The translations under genes and the position numbers were made by a program. Below, one piece after another: positions 34,975 through 48,919 of a stretch of DNA of 64,000 bases. Every line of letters begins with the position of its first letter. Position 1 is the stretch's first letter. This DNA comes from Eledone cirrhosa (Eukaryota): positions 268,336,001-268,400,000 of the forward strand of contig OZ024741.1 of assembly GCA_964016885.1 (NCBI GenBank). The letters are read 5' to 3'. Under the pieces are notes generated by a model that saw only the letters and a list, made by a program, of their open reading frames with translations, searched no databases and was not told the origin of the DNA.

Positions 34975-37290
34975 TCGTTTATTTATTGTCAAAGCTCTTT
35001 TGTCACACATTCTGTGACTTCCTCAGTGATTAATTTGTTATTTTGTGTCTCTCCTTTGTTCTATCCTACACCATCATATATTTGTGTGTTGTGTGTTGTG
35101 TACTTGGGTGCATGTATTTTTTAAATTTATTTAATTATACGTTTATTTACTTGTTACTAGTTGGTTGCCTGTTCTATCTCTGTGTATCTGGTTTGTTTTA
35201 TTAGATTGTTTCTTATGTGTCTCAGTATGACTTTATCTTGTCCTTAGTTACTATGTTTTCTGTTTAATTTTGAATGGAGTTTGTTTATGTTTGTTGCTTC
35301 TGTAATCTGTTGAAGCATTGTGTCTTTTCTGTGTGTGGATATAATTTTTATTTCTATGTTCTCTAGTGTGCCTCTATATTCCATTTTAGCATGCTGGTGG
35401 AGTACTGATGAGTTCTTCCCATCTTGGAGTTCTTGCCAGTGTTTATTTATCCTTTCTCCTATGCTACTGGCCGTCTCACCTATGTAAGTTGTGTTCCTAT
35501 TCCTACACTGTCCTTCCATACATCTTATGATATAGAGTACACTCTAGTTTAGCAGTTAATTTGTGGACTTAATTTGCAGACTATACATTTTCTATCAGTG
35601 CAGAGTTTTTTTTTCAAAAGACATGTTCTACTGATTAGGACTTTTATGGGAATACCTGGTCTTTCAACTATCTTAATATTTAATTTTAGTTTGCCTTGAG
35701 CCCTTTTAAATCTGTAAGCTAGTTCACCTCTGGGGGTTGCATTGACGAGCATTACACTCTGGTATTTATTGTTGTCATACCACAAGTTGACTTTATTAGT
35801 CTTCTTAATTCTTTCTATCTTATTCCAAAATTTGCTCCTATACATGGGGCAAGTCCCATTATTAGCATAATTTTCTACAATTTTTGTCCATTTGCCCTTG
35901 GTTCCATTATACACTCTGATCCTGTCTTTCTGATTGTAGTCAGAGAACTGCATGCGGTGGATGAAGTGTTGTATGTGTGCTTAATTCTTTGGGATTACAC
36001 ATTCCTCATCACTCTTAATAAATCTGCAATTAGTATGTTAACTTTCATGTTATTTGAAACAGCTAAGTTTTGGTTGATCAGGTACTTGGAGGCCATGGGT
36101 TTGTAATAATGTGAATGGAGAATTTGTGTTTTATTACAAATGGTTTCTAACCAGAGTTCTGTGTTTAGTACAGGTAATCTATGGTTGGGGGGTTTAGTTG
36201 GATAGTCAATGGTGACTTTAATACTCTAATGGATGGGGTTAGCGATTTTCTGGATGCTTTCCATGGTGTTCCTCTCTAATTGCTGACCATTCTCTTGTGA
36301 GGCTGTTTTCACTACCATGTTTAGGTCATCTATGTAGCATGGATTTATAGTCAGGGTTATAAAGTTCTCGTCTAAGTGTTCCTTAAGTCTCCTGTCCTAC
36401 CATACCATAAAGAGGTTAGCTAGGTCACCAGCAATGCTGACTCCAATGGTCGCCTCCTCCTCCTGGGCATATGGTTTGCCATTTGACTTAAACATATGTT
36501 CCTTAAGGGTTAGTCATATACTGGCCACCACCACATGTGTGATCATTTTTTTTCTTGGCCGTGGTTTTTGGGAGTCCATATGGCTCTGGTCTACCCGTTC
36601 CCTCTTTCTGTGTGAGTTTTGTTGGCCAATGCAGTAATGATAGGTGGTCTTCCTCTCTCTGGCCTTGTGGAAGAGGCTGCTAAGGTCATGTGTATCTAAG
36701 TAATCCTTATCCTGAGTAAGTCTATGTAGGAACCCCAGCTCCCTGGTATCAATCCCACTGAATTCTACATCACTCTCGTTGATCATCTCTATGCATTTTT
36801 TCACAGCAATCTCGATGGATAGGTATAGGGACACTACATCTATGCTACCTATTGTACAGCCTGTCAGGTCCCCAGACAGGTTGCATTTGTTGATTCTGCT
36901 GAGGTGGTCCTCTGTGCTGTCGCATATATCTGGCGAAATTTCTATTATGGGGTGTATGATCATGGAGAGGAAGTAGGAGAGTCTGTAGTTACTAGCAATG
37001 TTGGCTCTGCAGACTGGCCATGTTGGTGGTCCTGTGACTGGGTCACTATTTGTTTTGTAGTTTTTGCAAAGCCCATACAGTGTCAGTATGTCATTTTTCA
37101 GGCCTGGAAATTGTTGGCAGTATGCTTGCTCAGTTCCATTATGCTAGACCACATCATCATGTGAGCATTGATGGTTTTTTTCTCTTTCATCATGCTCTTG
37201 TGGTGTGGCTTCTTTTGTGTTGATGATGTAGGGTTGCATTGCCTGGATGCTGTTTGGCAGGCTCTCTACTGACATTCTGCCAGACTTGTC
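34975..37290 (-). mobile_element. Penelope-like element (RT plus GIY-YIG endonuclease), pseudogenised
   Basis: IGSIDVVSLYLSI, IGVSIAGDLANLFM, YIDDL RT motifs; C..YIGETASSIGERINKH GIY-YIG motif at 35244-35519; hammerhead remnant and AATAAA at the 3' end. Confidence 0.88.
34988..35030 (-). ncRNA. Degenerate minimal hammerhead in Penelope 3' terminal repeat
   Basis: CTGAGGA-A-GTCACA gaatg TGTGAC-AAAA-GAGCTTT: 6-bp stem II; G12 apparently lost (CG to CA). Confidence 0.5.
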
Positions 37291-37603
37291 CATTGGTAAG
37301 CATACAATTTCTCCATTTCATGAGCACTGTATGAGCTTACACAAGCCATTGTAGATTTTTCCCCAAGTTGCTGGGCCTCTATTATATTCCATCTCCTACT
37401 ATGTTCCAGAATATATCTAAGTTTAGCCCAATCTATTGTGAATTGAGTCTCTGTTTGGTCATCGCCTTGTGATGGAAGATAGATATGTTTTGTTAAATAA
37501 GGTTGTTGGATAAGTTCATTGCATGTTGACATGCGATGCACAGATATATATATATATATATATACATATGTGTGTGTGTTTTTAAAAAGTTATAGTAGTT
37601 TAA

Positions 37604-37802
37604 CCCTTTAGCATTTATTCTCTCACTTCTTTCTGTTTAAACTGGCTGTAACCAGCCACTCATACTGATGTTAAGGTATTGTTCTCAAAATAAATAATAT
37701 CAAAATCTCATAGATTCGATATTATGTGAGATATTTATGTGAGGTAAAGCCTTTACCATGAAAATACAATAGTAAATGTAGAGAAATATAAATGCTAAAG
37801 GG
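37604..37802. mobile_element. piggyBac-like MITE family 1
   Basis: TTAA TSD and CCCTTTAGCATTTA TIRs. Confidence 0.85.
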
Positions 37803-38184
37803 TTAAAAGGTTTTAATATAAAAAATATATACACAACACACATACACACATTCACACTCATATCCACAACATACATACATATGTACATACAATGGGATGG
37901 TCTTTGATTCTCATGAATTCCTCTGCCTTTTTAACGAGTTTTATTTTCCATCTTACAGGGTGCCAAAAATCCTCTTCCTCACCAAGCAAGCTTGGTAGGG
38001 CTGCTGGTTTAGTTACCAATGACTTGACCATGTGACGGGTTGTACTAGGATACTTGATACCAGTAGCACTCAAGAGCGATCTTTTGTAAACTTTTATAAT
38101 TTTATTTTTATAACTTTTTAAACTTTTATAACTTTTTATAGCTTTTAAACTTTCTAATCATTTAAAACTTTTTCTTTGGCTCTT

Positions 38185-41100
38185 GATAAGGTAGGCTGGA
38201 CTCTCTAAAATCATTAAGACAACCAGTCTAGGAGGTGAACAACTCTTATTCTCAAAGCCTATGATTATAGCCTCATCTGACATGTGGCACATTGTGTACC
38301 AGTACAGGCCTTGATGTTACAATGGAGAGAGTGTTCATTGTATGGCACAGACAACTGACCACTGTAAACAAGTCATTTGTGAGCTTGTTCAACAAATTAA
38401 ATTAACTGTGTACTTTGTAATCTTGTGAGCCCCTTAAATACCATGGTTATGAAGGAATTGCAATGGGAGCAGGCAGAAGATAGTGCTGGAAGTCTCTAGT
38501 AAGAACTTTGCACATAGGTCGTGAAAGGTAGATGACCATCTCTGCCAACACATAAGAGCAATTGTTAAATTCTTGTTCTCCTTTCACAACAAAGCAGCTT
38601 TTTTAGGATGACACTGCTTTTCTCTTTAGAAGAGGAGGTCAAGAACATGAGACCTAAAAATTGTTTGCTCATGCTTAACCAGGTCATCAGATGCAAGTGA
38701 ATAGGCATCCCTCTCTTGCACCCATAACAAAATATACGAAGCTTCATGGAATGTCAGAACTCTACAGGACAGGATACAAAACATAATCCTGAACGCAAGA
38801 CAGCCATCATAGCTTGTCTTTTATCTCAGTAAAATATCAGCATAGCAACTCTTTCAGAGACTAGGTTTGCAGGAAATGGTCAATTAGAAGAGTTAGAAGG
38901 AGACTATACCTTTTACTGGATAGGTAAATCTCCTGATACAATCAGGGAATCTGGTGTTGGATTTTCTACTAGAAGTGATTTAGTAAAACAACTTGAATCA
39001 CTTCCTATAGGTATCAATGACAGGATTATGACCCTTTGTGTGAAAATAGAAAAAAAACAGTATTGTTTATTTTTTAGTTGTTAAAATCATCATTTGAGCC
39101 GAAAAAGAATTCTACTCCTTTCTTCGTAGGCAGCTCAGCAAAGTGCCTGTTGCTGATAAATTGTTCTTGATGGGGAACTTTAATGTCGGAATTGGAAATG
39201 ACCATTTGGCATGGCCAAATGTCTTAGGCAGACATGGCATTGAAAAGATTAACTCAAATGGCTTTCTCTTGCTGTTACTTTGTACAGAATTTGATCTGCT
39301 AATTACAAATAGTGTTCCAATAGTCTAATCTTTTGAAGACTAGCTGGAAACACCCAAGAACTGGTCACTATCATTTAATTATCAGACAAGCAGGTATGAC
39401 GTAAATCTCACTCATGCTCTTTCATAAACACATTTCTTCTCACATAAACATGAAAATTCAAAAGCTCATTTGAACACAATAAATTGTTCTACATTAAAAA
39501 TTAGATGTCAGCAGGTTGAAGAATGAACGCATCATGCAATCCTTTAGCTTTTAAACAGGCCATATCTGGCCAGAATGCTCTAACCTCTTTCTGTTCAAAC
39601 CGACTGTAACCAGCTGCTCATACTTATGTTAAGGTATTTTTCTCAAAATAAATGATATCAAAATCTCATAGATCAGATATTATGTGAGATAAAGACTTTA
39701 CCATGAAAATACAATAGTGAATATAGAGTAATATAAATGCTAAAGGGTTAATGACTCTTTTGAGCTCAAATTATTATAACTGATCTTAAGACAAGTCTGA
39801 GACACATTCTTTGAGACAGCAAAAGAAACATTAAGTATGTTCATTCTAAGAACCAGGACTGGTTGACCCAAATGATCCACAAATCCAATCACTTCTTGAG
39901 GATGAATATAAATGTCAGAGTGCTTGGATGCTTGATAAGAACTCAAACTCCAAACATAAAGCTTTTAAACAAGCAAAGAATCATGCTTGGGCCAAACTTC
40001 TTGAAATGAAACAAAACAGGTGGAAAGAAAGAGCAAAAGCTCTTCAAGAAGCAGCTGACAAAGATGATTTTAAATCCTTCTATCAGAACCTAGGAGTCTT
40101 TGGTCCTATTTCAAATAGTTCATCTCCAGTCCTTTCTCTAGAAAATGAATTATTAACCAACAAGTGTGATATAACCAAAAGGTGGGTCTCAATAGAGACT
40201 CAGATGTTAATATGGATATTATTAACAATCTTTTGCAGCAGCCTGAATTGTAATACCTGTCAAATAATTCTTCTCTTTCAGAAATTAAAACTGCCACCAA
40301 ACAACTGTCCAAGAGCAAGACTCAAGGTGATGATGGTCTGGCAACTGAAGTACATGAGTATGGGGATCAAACTCTGGTGACAAAACTCTTTAAGTTCTTA
40401 ACATGTGTATGGGAGAAAAGTTCTGTACCATGACAGTTTAAAGGTGCCTCAAATGTACACCTTTGCCAAAACAAGGGTAACAGATGTGTATACAACAACC
40501 ATAGGGGATATCTCTTTTGCTAATTGCAGGAAAGATACTTACTTGAACCATCTAAACTCTTCTCTGGCAAAATCTGTGCTACTTGAGTCACAGTGTGGGT
40601 TTAGATTGGAACATGGCACTGTTGATATGGTGTTTACTCTGAAACAACAGCACGAGAAATATATGGAACATGGAAAGGGACTCTTTGTCACCTTTGTTGA
40701 CCTCATTAAGGCATTTGATACTGTGTCTTATGATGCCTTGTGGATTGTCCTTCAAAAACTTGGTATATTGAAGAAAACGCTTGACATCATAATATCTTTC
40801 CATTATGGAATGAAAGCATTTGTTAACTCTGATAGTGACTCCTCAGAACATTTTGATGTGATCAACGAGACCAAATAAGGATGTATTTTAGCTTCTCTTC
40901 TTTTCACTTCATTTTTCTCAGTGTTGTTGGAGCATGCTTTTCAAGATAATAATGAGGGAGTTTCTTTTACAACCAGAAATAGTTTAAAGCAAAAACAAAG
41001 ACACTTGTCCAAGTAGACCATGATCTTCTGTTTGCACATGATTGTGCTCTTGTGGCTGACAATTTAATTGACATGTAAACCATTCTAAATGCTTTTTCAG

Positions 41101-41850
41101 ATGCATGTAAAGCATTCAGACTTACAATCAGCATGAAAAAGACTGAGCTCCTTTATCAGCTATTTCTGAGCAACAGCCACCAGCTCTACCAACAGTTTTT
41201 GTGGATGGCAAACAGCTTAAAACAGTTAATATTTTTACCTATCTTGACTCAGTCATAACTAGTGATGCAAAAATGGACAAAGGAGTAGAGAACCAAATTG
41301 CAAAGGCCAGATCTGTGTTTAGTAAATTGTATCACGAGCTATGGGATTGTAGTGAGGGTAAAGGTTTATAGTTTATAAAGCTGTTGTACTCACTACACTT
41401 CTCTATGTTGCTGAGGCATGGACCATGTATCGCAAACACATTAGACAATTCATTTCATATGTAATGCTTACAAAAAATCTGTGGCATCAAATAAGTTTGA
41501 CAAGATCAGAAACAGTGAGGTCCTTAAATGCTGCAACATAACCAGCATGGAGGCAATCTTAATCAAAACAAACTTGAGATGAGTTGGCCACCTGGTAAGA
41601 ATGGATGAATCATGTTTGCCAAAGTAGCTGATTTTTGGTCAGCTAACAAATGTGAAATGCCAAGTTGGTTGCCCCTCCTCTGGTTTAAGGATAAGCTGAA
41701 GGACAATATAAAGCATTGTGGTGTGCATATTGAATCATGGGTGAGACAGGCTATGGATTGTAGAGGATGGAGGTCAACTTGCTTCAACCTGCTTGTAGAT
41801 TTTGAAGCTGTCAGAAAGGAACATCATGATCAGTTGCAGCGGACCTAAAA
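38185..41850 (+). mobile_element. Near full-length but decayed RTE/BovB-like LINE (APE endonuclease plus RT), interrupted by a MITE at ~39540-39747
   Basis: ASWNVRTLQDR, LSETR, ESGVGF, LMGNFN (APE); ESQCGFR..GTVDMVF, FVDLIKAFDTV (RT); many stops and frameshifts. Confidence 0.85.
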
Positions 41851-41959
41851 TCACATCTCAGGAGGAGGGATAGGGATCAAAGGTGCACATAACATATAAT
41901 ATTTGCTGAACCTTCATCTGTCTTCTGTGGTAGGAGAGTTCATCATATATATGTATATG

Positions 41960-42105
41960 TATATGATGGGCTTCTGCACAGTTGCCATTTACCAAATTTC
42001 ATTCATAAGGTATTTGTCCAATCAGAGTTTATAGCTAAAAACACTTGCTTCAGTACGACTGAAACCATGTACATGGTTGTGAAGCAAACTACTGAGCCAC
42101 ACAGC
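41960..42105 (-). mobile_element. Short SINE-like repeat
   Basis: Similar to ~10135-10235 and 53785-53870. Confidence 0.5.
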
Positions 42106-44179
42106 TGCTCCTGCGCTCCTCTGGTATTGATGGAATATTTACCAGTTTTCTTCTTCAACAATGATATGCAAGTAGATTCTTTAGAAACATCTACATGCAA
42201 GGTTAGATTAAGTTTTTTGAGGCTCTGATCACTTAAAAGATTATGCCCCACCCCCACCCACACACATACAAATTGGAATGACAAATACAATTAATTTAGA
42301 TAAAATTATGAAATTGTGCCCTTTTTTCCTTGATGATCTAAGTATGTACTTATCTTGCTTAAAGTTGAAGGTTAACCCAACCCTGTTTTGAATAGACATG
42401 CCACTAACTGACTTCAGTAAAGTTAGAAACCATTCACACAGAGTCGGTGATCAGACAGTCCCATGTGGAACAAACACAGTGTCAGATTAAGTCCTTTGGA
42501 GTCCAAGAGTTCTTAAAAGATTATGTTGGCTCCCACCCTACATATAATGTCAGCTAAAGAAAAAAAATTAGTGGGTGGTTGGGAATGACATCATCATTAC
42601 CATTTAACATCCATTTTTCCATGCTAGAATGGTTTAGATAAATTATCCTGTTGTGAGACAAGCCAAATCAGATGACCATGTCTTGCTCATACGGAACTGT
42701 TTCGGGCTTGCTTTCTATTAATGCCCTTTCTAATGCCAACCACATTTACAGGGGGCTGGGATGGGGAGGTAGATCTAGGGTGGGGAGATATATTTGAATA
42801 AAATAGTGTTCTTCTTCATTTGATGCCCTGTGAATGGGGTTATTTTGCTTAATCATTAATCCAGCCGTGCCTACAGGAAACATTTTTGCAAATGTCTATA
42901 TTATTTTGGTACATTTGGCTGCATACAGCACAATTTTTGTTTCTATAATTCTATAATAAAGCATCAAATTAAAAGTGATCAAACCCTTGAGATTGACCAG
43001 AGCTGGTTTGGTTTTAATCCCAAGATGGATTAGAACTCATGTGTTTTTATCCTTGAGATTGAATTGAGCTCACTTGTTTGACATAAATCTGAAAGAGACA
43101 GGAGTCAAGACAGTAATAATGTTGAGTGAACTGCCAGTAAACTTTAACCCTTTTGTTACCAACCTGGCCAAAACCGGCTTTGTTTCTATGAAATAAAACC
43201 ACTAGTTTTATAGGGTTCCAATTTAAATCAAAGTCTTCCAATATAATTTTATACAAGAACCTCACATTAAGTTACTATCTTAGTAATAAAATAATTAATA
43301 ATTTTGATAAATCCCTCAAAATTCTTCCTTAATTAATTAAAATATAATCTATTTCATTAGAAATGAAGTTACGAAAGTGTTAAATTCAGATATGCAAAAT
43401 AACCATAAATATTACTTGAATAATAAATCTAATTTTTGTACAATGAATGAATAACTGTAGACTTTCTATGAGGTTAAAGTGTGTTCTAGAAGGGATTTTA
43501 ATATATATATATTGGATAATGTGTTTCTTTTTATTGTTGGCATTAACCATTTCAAAACAAACCATTTGAAACTGCTTTTGGTTCTATGTAACAGAAAATC
43601 TTGTTTTAAAGTATTCCTGTCGAAATAAAAATTTCCCATCATAATTCTATGTTAAGAAATAAAAAAACTAAAAAAACTTTTGTTAAGTTATGTTCCAAAC
43701 ATCAGCTTGATCATAAAAAAGTTAGCTATTTTGAATAAGAGTATTTGACTTCTGGTAATCATCCAATATGAAAAAGAAAGATAAAAACAAAATTAAATAA
43801 TAAGAAAATGGGGAAGGGGTAAAGAAGGACAAATCTGGATGAATGGGAAAGTAGAGGAAAGGAGTATAAAAACCATAAATGAAAGGAAAAGGAGATTAAA
43901 AGCAAGGGCTCTAGGGCCTAAGATGAAAAGGAGAGGAAGGGAAGAGAGTGATGGGCTCTGGGCTTAGGGCGATGTGGTGTTGGGGCTGCGCCCAATGAAC
44001 ATTTTCCAGTAACATCCACTGAAACAGTCACTCCCACCTCGCGGGGCTCCCTTTTGCTAAATTGTTTAACATTCTTGATCATTTTAGAAATTAATTGATA
44101 CACATAGACTGTGTATCTTATAAGAAATATGGCCATAAAAGAGTTAATAAACTGTCCCATACTCTTATGTTCTTTTATT

Positions 44180-44647
44180 AATAATGTATCTGTGTCAACG
44201 GTTTCAAATACCTGGGGGAAATCATTTCAGATGAAGGATCTAAACCAGAAGTACTCGCCAGATCTGCCCAGACCACAGCAGCACTTACAAAACCTAAGAA
44301 CACTTGGAATGACAAAAATATAGCCCTCAGCTCAAAGATCAGACTGATGTACTTTTTATGAAGACCTACTGACTTTTGTAAAAAAACACAAATTGAGATG
44401 GTACAGAAATGTGACAAGATCTTCAGGGCTTGCCAAGACTGCCCTGAAGGGAACAGTACAAGGAGGGAGGAAGAGAGGCAGACAGAAAAAGAGATGGGAG
44501 GACAACATCCCGGAATGAACAAGCATGAAGCTAGGTGCAACCATAAGGAAGGTGAAGAGGGGAGAGGAATGGAAGGAGCTGGTTGCCAGGTCATCTGTGG
44601 TGCTCCAACAGTCCACCAGATTACGGGACAGATGAGATGAGATGAGA
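44180..44647 (+). mobile_element. RTE 3' fragment (third family) with (GAGAT)n tail
   Basis: FKYLGEIISDEGSKPEVL, LRWY.., GRKRGRQKKRWEDNI. Confidence 0.82.
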
Positions 44648-46275
44648 CATCTGTGACAATCTCGCCTTTATTGTGATTATATTGTCTAAAGATTTAAGTA
44701 TGAGTCATGTCATGAGTTCAATTCATCGACTGGCTGATGCATTGTATTCTTGAATAAACACTTAATTTCACATTGTTCCAGTATACTCAGCTGAAAATGA
44801 GTACCAACAGTAGCTGGGAGTTAACCTAGCAATAGACTAGTGTCTTGTCCAGGGAGAAGTCTTGTACTCTCAGTCAGGATGAGTACCAGCACTGATGAGC
44901 CTCTGGGCTTGGGACAGACTTTATATTTCTTTAACTTATTAGTAATAACAAACAGATTTAATGGTTATATAAAAGCTCTCTTATTCACTTTTAACATTCT
45001 GAAACATCAATGCAAATAGCATCTTAAAATAAAACTGTTCCTGTGTTTGCACAAGATTATACATTTTGAGGGAGAGTTATAATCAATTCATTCACATCCA
45101 GCACTCTATTATCTCTCTTAATTCACCCCCCTACCATCTTAACCCATTTCATACTCACCCACCTATGACTGTACCTGGTTGTTTGATACAAAACTGTATT
45201 GATATGATCATCCCCATGCATTTTCATATGAGAATGTTTCTAGTCAGAATATAACTTCTCTCACAGCAGTGCAATATCAATGGAAAGGCAATCACTTTGG
45301 GATCTTGTCATTCAACATTCATTGCTAACAACACCTTTATATTTCTCTACTATCTGATAAAGGACATCAGTGTGAAATATTAGACAACTAAGCTAACAAC
45401 ACCTCCATCTTTTGTAACAGCCTGTTGAAGTGAAAAACATGAAACATTAGACTTTTTACACAGACAAAAACTTAAGAAATATTTGATAAAATGCAAAATG
45501 CTCATGAATATATTATACAATACACCATAGGCATAAGGATCACATCACACAATTTAATAATTATAAGGACCCTAATATAATATTTACTGGCCTAGTTGTT
45601 AGGACATTGGATTTATGATCATAATGCCATGGGTTTAATACCTAGACCACGTGGTGCATTGTGTTCTTGAGCAAATCATTTCCCATTGCTTCAGTACACT
45701 CAACTAAAAATGAGTACCAGCAATAGCCGGGGTTTTAATCCTGTGATGGACTTGCATCCTGTCCAGGAAGAAGTCTTGTACTTGCTCTCTCAGTTGTTAA
45801 TGCCAAGGAAATTGGGAGAAGCACTGGTCTGATGAGTTTCCAGGTTGGGGCAAACTTCTATTGCAACACAATATTTATTGCAAATGAAAATTGAGAAATA
45901 TTTTGTTAAAGTAAAGTATCAATGATTAAATGTGCTCCATTGGAATACATTTCTTATAAATGGGTCGTCATGGAGGATTATTGATTTGCCAAACTGTGTT
46001 GCATTAGTGAAAGCTTGGAAGTGCTGATTTAGTCCAGCACCTTATAACTAGCCAGCCATCACCATTCTACTGGTTAAAAGCTAGAACAGCTATCAGCATA
46101 GTGTATCTTCTCTACAGACATTTAACACTTAATTCTCTTCTGCAACGAGGTACACAGTTTCAATTAGAATTCAACATGGCCTGGACAGGCTCAGATCTGC
46201 TGAGAAACAATGCAATAGATACAATTTTATTTTAAATGGGATTTTAATGGATCTTTCATTTACACACACACACAC

Positions 46276-46339
<64 letters not shown>

Positions 46340-46423
46340 TATATATACAGTATACATATATATATATGTATGTGTGTATATATACAGTATACATATATAT
46401 ACATACACACATCCACATCCACC

Positions 46424-46454
<31 letters not shown>

Positions 46455-46711
46455 TATAGATTAACGATTCTTACTTAAAATTCAATTATTTTACAATAAA
46501 TACAATTTACTTTTCTTGATTGCTATTTCTCACAATCATCTGTCTTTCTCACGTTCTCCTAATTCCAGTTTTCTACACCTTCTTCTATTTCAAACTTTCA
46601 CAGTCTTTCCAGCACCTACAAAAATAAGACAAATCAAGATAAATATACATTCTTTACTTTTCCCTATTATTTTTCCTTTAAAGAAAATATTCATTCAATT
46701 CAATTAATGAA

Positions 46712-46712
<1 letters not shown>

Positions 46713-46799
<87 letters not shown>

Positions 46800-46900
46800 G
46801 TGTATGTGTTGTGTGTGTATGTTGTGTATGTGTATATTTCGCGTCTATGTGTGTGTTTGTACGTGTGCGTTGTGTGTATGTGTCGTGGTGGTGGTGGTGG
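46713..46900. repeat. (GT)n microsatellite
   Basis: Direct reading. Confidence 0.95.
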
Positions 46901-47376
46901 CGTGACAATAAAACTATCCGAAAAAAGTTTCCTATAAGAGTTGGAAAATGTTAAAGATGGAAACCATTGTGGTTATTCTGAGAAGTTCTTACAGCCATAA
47001 ATATAGAATTTGTAATTGAAAAGAAAAAAGAAAAAAATTGAAATTTGTTTGCAAGGGTTTGTAGTTATTAGATTTAGTTTCTGTCAAAATTTTACTTCAT
47101 AAAAATGTGTACCTCTCTCTCTCTCTCTCTCTCTCCCTCTCTCTTTCTCATACATACACACACTCTCTCTCTGATGGTAATTGAAGAGGATATGTTTGAT
47201 GAGAATTTGATACATCTTCCTTATATCTAACTCCACTTTAATGGAAGAAACTAAGTAAATGTTTTAATTTTATTGAAACACTGAATATTATGTGTGTGTG
47301 AGAGAGAGAGAGAGAGAAAGTAAGAGAGACAGAAATTTATTCATAAAGTGGACATAAATGCTGTCTAAATATTAAC

Positions 47377-47491
47377 CTCTCTATAACCACATTTGCAATG
47401 AAAAACAGTGCCCATGATTTTCAAATAATTTTGAAAATAATCAAGAATTTTGAGTAAGTTAGACATGGCCTGAACCAATACTAGCCGAAAC
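47377..47491 (-). CDS. Possible exon (FRLVLVQAMSNLLKILDYFQNYLKIMGTVFHCKCGYRE)
   Basis: ttaactttgatag| acceptor, GAG|GTTAAT donor, single open frame; weak splice sites. Confidence 0.25.
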
Positions 47492-47898
47492 CTATCAAAG
47501 TTAATTAACTTTCTCATTATTAAACTGGTGTTTTGAATATAACTTAACAAAGCTCCTTACATAAAATTATAATGGAAAGGATTTTAGATAAATATAAACA
47601 TTTTCTGCCAGGAGTTGCAGCCGGCAGATAGTATGAGCAATGGAAAGACTAATGGGAACATTGTTTCTTTGGTCTTATTTGATGAGGTTCAGCCCACTTG
47701 GTAAGTTAGTGAGATCTGGGATTTTGTCAATCAACTTCCTTCCTTCTTTCCTTCTAAACATTTAAAAATAAACAGCTTTGTATTGTAGACCCAGAGGTGG
47801 TTTCAGGTGGTTTGGTATCAAAAGGGTTAATTTTGAGAGATAGATAGATAGATATATATATAGAGAGAGATAGAATTATAGTATATAGTCTAACTAAA

Positions 47899-48028
47899 TC
47901 TTCTTCTTCTTCTTCTTCTTCTTCGTCTTCTTCTTCTTCTTCTTCTTCGTCTTCGTCTTCTTCTTCTTCGTCTTCTTCTTCTTCTTCTTCTTCGTCTTCG
48001 TCTTCTTCTTCTTCTTCTTCTTCTTCTT
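47899..48028. repeat. (TTC/GTC)n trinucleotide repeat, probably the tail of a minus-strand LINE fragment at ~48030-48200
   Basis: Direct reading. Confidence 0.85.
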
Positions 48029-48919
48029 GTCTGCATGGGTTGAATGGATCTTGTTTAACAAAGTGCCTCACCACTAGCTGCAGTTCTCTTTCATCTCCTT
48101 TTTGAGGTTAAGAATCCTGAGTTTAGTCTTCACCACTTCTTCCCTTGACTTCCTTGGTTTTCCTCTGCCATAGATTCCTTCCACTTTGATCTCTTGGTAC
48201 TTTTTTTTTTATCAAGGGTTTAACAAATTATGATTAAAATTGACTAAAGCCCTAATATTTCCTCCCAGCTGTTTAGAATCCTCTGCAGAATGAAACCTCA
48301 GTAACTATACTGATTTTAATCCTGCTTTTCCCTGACAGTTTAAGCCTGATTTCCATGTTGGTTTTAAACCTGTCAGTCCACATTGGTTTTAGGCTTGTCT
48401 TTCCATGCTGGCCAATTGTATGTTGGGCAGGGTGTGGAATTTGAACTCAAAATGCAAAGAGTCAGAACAGATATCACAAAGCAATGCTCTAACAATTCTG
48501 GTACATTGTTTATCGATTCTGAATGGATGAAGGGCAAAGTTGACATCGGTGGGATTTGAACTCAGAACACAGCTGAAATAAATACTGCAAAGCATCTAAT
48601 CTCCTGCTCTAATGGTTCTCCCAGTTGTCCACATTAGAATTTCATTTTATCAAAATCTAAATGGATACTGGATTGACCCAGTTGTTTGGGCATCAGATAA
48701 AAATATGGTACCTAAGCTACATCCTATTACGTATTACATTCAAATCTTTGAGTTCAGAGTTGACTTTAATTCTCACCTTCTTGCATTGCTAAATTAAGTA
48801 GCAATCAAGCACTGGAGGTGATATTATTAATACACCTCTCCAGTTAAATGTGTGGGCTTGTTCATCTGTGAGGAGTTAGTAATATTGAAACTAATAAAGA
48901 ATGAATAGTTTTGGGTCAT

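Noticed and set aside
46010-46235. ~75-codon open frame on the + strand in non-repetitive sequence
   Set aside because: No recognisable motifs, weak splice signals and opposite strand to the candidate gene; cannot be supported
47754-48074. Acidic poly-Glu/Asp ORF
   Set aside because: (GAA/GAC)n microsatellite flanked by repeat fragments
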